Source of the DNA: Acidobacteriota bacterium
GTDB taxonomy: Bacteria > Acidobacteriota > UBA890 > WLXD01
Assembly: GCA_963666215.2 (NCBI GenBank)
Contig: CAXWPL010000004.1
Span: forward strand, 928,001 to 992,000
Length of the DNA: 64,000 nucleotides
Reading direction: 5' to 3'
The position numbers were made by a program, and so were the translations under genes. The notes beneath the pieces are model-generated. The model saw only the letters and a program-made list of their open reading frames with translations. It did no database searches and was not told the DNA's origin. Of the stretch, positions 58,860 through 64,000 are shown piece by piece; position 1 is the first letter of the stretch; each line of letters begins with the position of its first letter.

Positions 58860-61462
58860 TCACAGCAGATTGGCTGCTGCCCCGCCTACGTGATCTCCCA
58901 GGGCGCGATACGCCTCGAACTGAGCGTCGTCGAAGAACTGGTCGGTGGTTGTTTGATGCGGGAACTCCGCCTTCTGCTTGGCGTAGTTGTGGACGTGCGC
59001 CGGTATGCCAGCCTCGTCTGGGATCGACGCCTTGACGTAGATCAACTCGCCCGGCTTCGGTGCGACACTGTTGACCGCTGGGTAGTGGATGGCGCCTCTC
59101 ACGACGCTCGCTTTGCTGGCCTTGTGTCCGTAGCGCGTGTCACGCACTTGCTGAGCGTCGGCCAGGTCGATCTCGATACGGATGTTGTGCTCGATGAACG
59201 CCATCCGGATCACGTTGTTGAACGACGGAAAGCTGAGGTCGCCATCGGCCTCGCCGTCACAAACGACGATGCGCCGGCAGCGCCTGCGCAACAGCGGCAT
59301 CAGCCCGAGGTTGTCGCCGGTATGGCCGCCGTCCGACAGATTCACCATCCGGCGCCTTGCCGTCGTCAGTGCAAGAAGCTCAATGCCCAACCACCACGGC
59401 CAGCAACGGAACCGTCGCGAGCGCCTACCGGCGATGTAGTTCCACGGGTTCTCCATCCAGTGCCCTAGACGCACGTTGAAGAGCGTCGCGAGGAACGCCT
59501 GGGCCCAGAACGTGTGGTAGCCAATAGCCGAGCCGGCCGCGGCAGCCGAGATGGTCATGGCGCGGGCGAGCTTCACACCCAGCGCGCCGCGCTGACGGTA
59601 GGTCGAGGTCTGTACGTACCCCGTGACCTCGGAGCCGATGTAGTCGCGCGAAAACGTGAAATGGTCCGACAAAAAATCGCGCCGCATGAGCTCGCGCGAG
59701 CCACTCAAGTTCAGCGCTGTGACGATGAGGTGGTATGGGCCCTGCCAGTTGTCCTTGCCCAGATCCTCGAGCAGCAACTCGTCGTCGTCGCGGATCACGT
59801 CGAGCGGTTGCCCCTGGGCGGATCGCGGATCGCTGCGCTTTCGGCGCGCCGTCGTCGTCAGGTAGGCCTCCGAAAGGCGATCACGGTAAAACGTGTGCAA
59901 CGACACCCGATTCGAGTCGATGACGGTTCCCAGAAGGAGTATTACCAAGATCGCTCCCGCGGCGACCAGCGCGTGGCCAACGCTGAAGCTGGCACTGGGA
60001 ATTCTCACCATGAGCTGTCGCGATACCACCGCGAACGCCAGCACCAGCGCTACGACCAGCCCAATGTTGGTCAGCGGTTTCACCATGTTGCCGGCAATGC
60101 GGGCCACCCGTCCGCCGCCAGCTGCCGCGCTCGTTTTGCGGGCCGCAAAGCCGTACAGAACGGCAAGCACGATGAGCGAAGCGAAGAACTCGAACGTGAG
60201 GTCCTTGAGCGCCATCACCAAGATAATCAGAGCCGGCGTCGCGAAGGCGGTCACCAATCCGTACACCGACGCCCCCTGGATGGCGTTGACGATGGAACGG
60301 CGCGCCGCGCCCTGCAGCACCGAGTCGTGATCGCCGGTCGCGATATCGCGCTCGCGTTTCGACTCCCAGCCGTTGAGCGCGTATGCAACAGCACCGCCAC
60401 CAACGGAGAAGGCCGCGGGTATCAACAGTGCGTAGAGCGAACCCTCGGCATGGGGCATTCGCCAGCATGCCCAAACGATGATCGCCAGCGGCGCGACGAC
60501 CGACGAAACGTTGAACGACGTCAGAAATCGCGACGTTAGCTGCTCCTCGTAGGTCCAGCCCGATAACTGGTCGAACTTCGGAACGTCCTTTCTCTTGAGC
60601 TTGCGGAGAACCGCAGTCCCCCGAACCCTCCATATGAATACCCAGACCGCCCCGAGAAGGATGTAGCCCAACGTGTGCGTGTGCCCGAGGAAGTCGCCGT
60701 AGGTGTTTCGCAGCAGAGGCCGCAGTCGTTGAGCCCACCACGCCGTGGCGTGCTGTGTGAGCGCGGCCGCACGCCTTGTGAGCGCGGAGCTGCAGCAATC
60801 GTCGGCGAGCGGCGGCACCTTGATCGGGTCGAGCGATCCGAGAGAGCTCAAGCCTGGGTCGGCGATGCTGAGCACCAGGTGAGTCAGTGCCACAAGAGCT
60901 ACGAACGCCGCGCCGATCAGAAGGAAGTTGTGAATGATGCCGAGAATGAACGCACCGATCGCGCGTTGAACATCGAAGCTCAGCAGCTTGTGACGCGGTG
61001 CCAGATACTCGCTGTGCGAGCGCAGATGATGAATCTGATGCCGCACGCCGAGCCTTGGCTCGAGCTCGTTTTCGTCGTCACCGTTGAGACCCACAAACGG
61101 AGAGTTATGCGGCTCGACTCCGGGCAGCGGGCCTTGTCGGCCGCCTCGACGGTCTCCTGTTAACAACGAGCTCAGGCACGAGCCAATGTAGCCACCGCCA
61201 GAAACGGTGCTCAGGTAGTCGATCTGCTTGAACTTGTTTTCTCTGATCAGGCGCTGCATCACCCCCAAACAGAAGGTGGCAGACCGGATGCCGCCACCCG
61301 ACAGGCAGATTCCGTCGACATTGGAGTGATCGGGCTTAGGCCCGGCAACTCGTTCGCCGAGCGGCGCTTCTTCAGATACTCGAGCTCCGCTTCTTGGACC
61401 GTCTCGAAGCTCTGCGTATAACCAGGCTGTTCAGCGTCGGGGTGCTCCGCATTGCTACTCAT
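58860..61462 (-). CDS. Patatin/cPLA2-like phospholipase with central TM region, frameshift near 61340
   Basis: GICLSGGGIRSATFCLG, YLSTVSGGGYIG, AMTISAAA, LSDGGH, FPHQTTTDQFFDDAQFEAYRALG; N-terminus in ORF 61259..61462. Confidence 0.85.
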
Positions 61463-61536
61463 GTCGTACTCCGAGACTGGAATGTGACTCCTCTATCAAT
61501 AGGAGAAGGCCGCGGCGGCCGAGATCTTGTAACTGT

Positions 61537-62286
61537 TCAGTGTTCACCGCCGTCGCCCGGCGTGCCCGAACACGGACCGCTGGCCAGAAGATCTCGCCCG
61601 ATCCACTCCGAAAAGTCCACCAGGTCGTGCTCGCCAACAACGATCTGGCCGCCATCGTCGCTTTCGGAAGTGTCCATAATCGACGCCGTCTCCCTCGCTT
61701 TTTCTGGCCACGCCGATTGAGTCCACCAGTCGCCCCAGCTGCCTTCTGAGAGGTACGCGCTCCAGCAGGAGCGCTGTTGTGGCGAGAGCTCGTTCCAGAT
61801 TCTCGCGGGCTCGGCCAGCCATTCCTCAACAAGCTCACCAAGACGTTCGAGCGATGTTCCGCGCGGCGCGATCGTCAGTCCCTCAGCTCGCCAAAACGCA
61901 ACGCGCGCCTCGCCCAGCGGGCCCGATTCCCACAGCACCGCGGCGAGCTCGAGAGTGAGCTTGCAGGCGTAGGCAAACTGCAGCACGCCGCCGCGGAAAG
62001 CTTCCTGCCGCATGTGGGCGCCGATGCAGGCCGGACGGATGCGAAGTTCCAGCTCAGTCTCGCCTTCGGTATCCAACTGAACGTCGGGAAGGGCGCGCAC
62101 GACGGCGGTGCTGAGTCGTTCGTGAAGCTGTTCGTCGCTGAACTCGGTGTCGCCGGCGTCGCCAATCTGCAGGGCGAGACGGAGCGGTGTCTGCGGTGCG
62201 GGCCGCTGCGCGGCGGCGCTTCCGAGGGCTACCAGCGCGATCGCCGTCGCCGTCGATATGCCAACACTGCGAATCAGGAAGCTCAC
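61537..62286 (-). CDS. Hypothetical secreted protein
   Basis: 249-aa ORF with signal peptide (ALVALGSAAA/Q). Confidence 0.6.
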   Translation of the reverse strand: MSFLIRSVGISTATAIALVALGSAAAQRPAPQTPLRLALQIGDAGDTEFSDEQLHERLSTAVVRALPDVQLDTEGETELELRIRPACIGAHMRQEAFRGGVLQFAYACKLTLELAAVLWESGPLGEARVAFWRAEGLTIAPRGTSLERLGELVEEWLAEPARIWNELSPQQRSCWSAYLSEGSWGDWWTQSAWPEKARETASIMDTSESDDGGQIVVGEHDLVDFSEWIGRDLLASGPCSGTPGDGGEH

Positions 62287-62446
62287 GTTGGCGAACGCTA
62301 GCAGCAGTCCGCGACGATATCCACAAACGGGGATGTCGCTGGGGCGCTCGTCGCCGGAGCTCTCTCCTGCGCCGTGGGCTTCGCCGTCGGGTGTTGTTTA
62401 ATGGGCCGGCGTCCGTTTTTTCAGTTCTGGCCAGAAGAGGTTGTCC

Positions 62447-64000
62447 ATGCGATTCCGTGCGTTCCGAGTCGTTCTTTCGATTCCTCTCGTTGTGCTCGTC
62501 GCGGCCTTTACGTTGGCCCCGGCCCCGGCGTTGTCACAACAGGGCAAGTCGCCGCTCACACACGACGCCTACGACAGCTGGCGCTCGATTGCCGGTGAAG
62601 CGCTTTCGAACGACGGTAACTGGCTGCTCTATGTGGACCTGCCACAAGACGGTGATGCCGAGCTCGTTGTCCAGCGGATTCCGGGCAGTGGTGGCTCGCA
62701 ACCTGGAACCGCGGGTGAATACCGCCAGTCGATCGGTTGGCTGACACCGCCTGGGATGCCTCGCGCGCAGCCGCAGGCTGCCTTCACGCACGATTCGCGC
62801 TACGTGGCCTTCCTGGCGAGTCCAAGCAAAGAAGCCGTCCGAGCAGCGAAGAAGGACGAAGCCAAGCCGGACGAAATGCCCACGAAGTCGCTCGGCATTC
62901 TCGACTTGGCCGACGGGTCGTTGGTGCAGGTCGAGAGGGTGAAGAGCTTCTCCCTTCCCGAGGAAGCGGGCGGTTGGGCCGCCTATCTCATGGAGAAGCC
63001 GCTGTCGGAAAAAAAGGACGACGAGAGCGAGAAGTCAGGCGCGATGCCCGTCGCCGAGGGCGCCGAAAAGCAGTCTGGCGAGGACAAGGCTGACGACAAG
63101 AAAAAGAAGAAGGACTATGGTACCGAGCTGGTGATCCGCGACTTGACCGAAGGTCGCGAGACGCGCGTCGACTCGGTGCTGACGCACCAATTCACCGACG
63201 ACGGGGCACGACTCGTGTACACCGTTTCGAGTGAAGAAGAGCCGGCGCTCGACGGCGTCTACGCGTTCGACACAGCTAACACCGGCGCGGTTCACGCGCT
63301 GGCGAACGGCGAGGGTAACTACAAGCGGCTCGCACTGAACCGCGACCAAACGCGCCTGGCGTTCGTGACCGATCGTGCGGACTACGAATCGGACGAGCCG
63401 GTGTTCGAGCTCTACGGCACGCCCATCGACGGTCGCGAGGCGCAACTTTGGGTGTCGCACGCCAGCACCGCCGGTTTTCCAGATGGTTACGCGGTGAGCG
63501 ACAAGTCGGAGGTGTCGTTCTCGGACGAAGGGTCCGTCGTTCTCTTCGGCATCAAGCAGCGGCCGGTGCCCGATGCCGACTCCTCCGACGACAAGGATCC
63601 CCTCACAGAGGATGTCGAGATGGATCTGTGGCACTGGAACGATCCGTATCCACAACCCCGCCAGCTCAACATCGCGCAACAAATGCGCGACCAGACCTAC
63701 GAGTCGGTGTTCCACATTGATGAGCGTCTCTTCGTGCAGCTCGCCGACGAGGACCTGCTCGATGTGAGCCTTTCGCACAACGGTGCAGTTGGGTTCGGGA
63801 CCACCGACAAGGCTCATGCGAAGCGCGGCTCGTACGAGGGCACGTACGTAGACGCCTACGTTGTGGACGTGCGCACAGGCGACAGGACGCTGGTCGCCCA
63901 ACAGTTGCCGTTCGGCGCCACCCTGTCTCCCGAAGGCAAGTACGTCGCGTGGTACGGCGGCGATGGCCACTGGGTGGGCTACGACCACGAGGGCGGCGGC
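62447..64000 (+). CDS. S9 family (prolyl oligopeptidase-like) peptidase, N-terminal propeller; runs off the window
   Basis: Manual translation MRFRAFRVVLSIPLVVLVAAFTLAPAPALSQQGKSPLTHDAYDSWRSI..; later MDLWHWNDPYPQP; catalytic domain not in the window. Confidence 0.8.
   Translation, partial: MRFRAFRVVLSIPLVVLVAAFTLAPAPALSQQGKSPLTHDAYDSWRSIAGEALSNDGNWLLYVDLPQDGDAELVVQRIPGSGGSQPGTAGEYRQSIGWLTPPGMPRAQPQAAFTHDSRYVAFLASPSKEAVRAAKKDEAKPDEMPTKSLGILDLADGSLVQVERVKSFSLPEEAGGWAAYLMEKPLSEKKDDESEKSGAMPVAEGAEKQSGEDKADDKKKKKDYGTELVIRDLTEGRETRVDSVLTHQFTDDGARLVYTVSSEEEPALDGVYAFDTANTGAVHALANGEGNYKRLALNRDQTRLAFVTDRADYESDEPVFELYGTPIDGREAQLWVSHASTAGFPDGYAVSDKSEVSFSDEGSVVLFGIKQRPVPDADSSDDKDPLTEDVEMDLWHWNDPYPQPRQLNIAQQMRDQTYESVFHIDERLFVQLADEDLLDVSLSHNGAVGFGTTDKAHAKRGSYEGTYVDAYVVDVRTGDRTLVAQQLPFGATLSPEGKYVAWYGGDGHWVGYDHEGGG

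Noticed and set aside
57505-61462. Patatin plus cNMP-binding membrane protein as CBASS/Pycsar defence
   Set aside because: No CD-NTase or cyclase nearby; the phospholipase is the multi-TM cPLA2-like type and the channel is a standard GYG potassium channel

Overview
High-GC bacterial chromosomal window. The gene content (duplicated orphan ADOP-type ABC permeases, VPS10/BNR propellers, PQQ-like propellers, a DUF5916 protein, an S9 peptidase) suggests Acidobacteriota or a similar lineage; this is inference. It holds about 40 CDS, including rpmG, speB, a 5'-3' exonuclease, a GMC dehydrogenase cluster and a his operon (hisG-hisDC-hisH-hisA-hisB-hisF-hisIE). Mobile DNA comprises an intact IS481 plus a 166-bp MITE of the same family, a frameshifted IS256 that truncates a gene, two IS6 relics bracketing a serine hydrolase, and an IS3 relic. 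The best hidden signal is an unannotated, apparently leaderless His-rich leader peptide (MTTRVRIQRHHHHRHHGPNGPWRWSVPT) upstream of hisG. It has a near-consensus sigma70 promoter and a complete pause/antiterminator/terminator architecture. Also notable are an in-frame HisD-HisC fusion at a relic ATGA overlap, a multi-hairpin intergenic RNA candidate, and many gene lesions (internal deletions, short tandem duplications, single-base frameshifts, some probably sequencing errors). No rRNA, tRNA or CRISPR array was seen.
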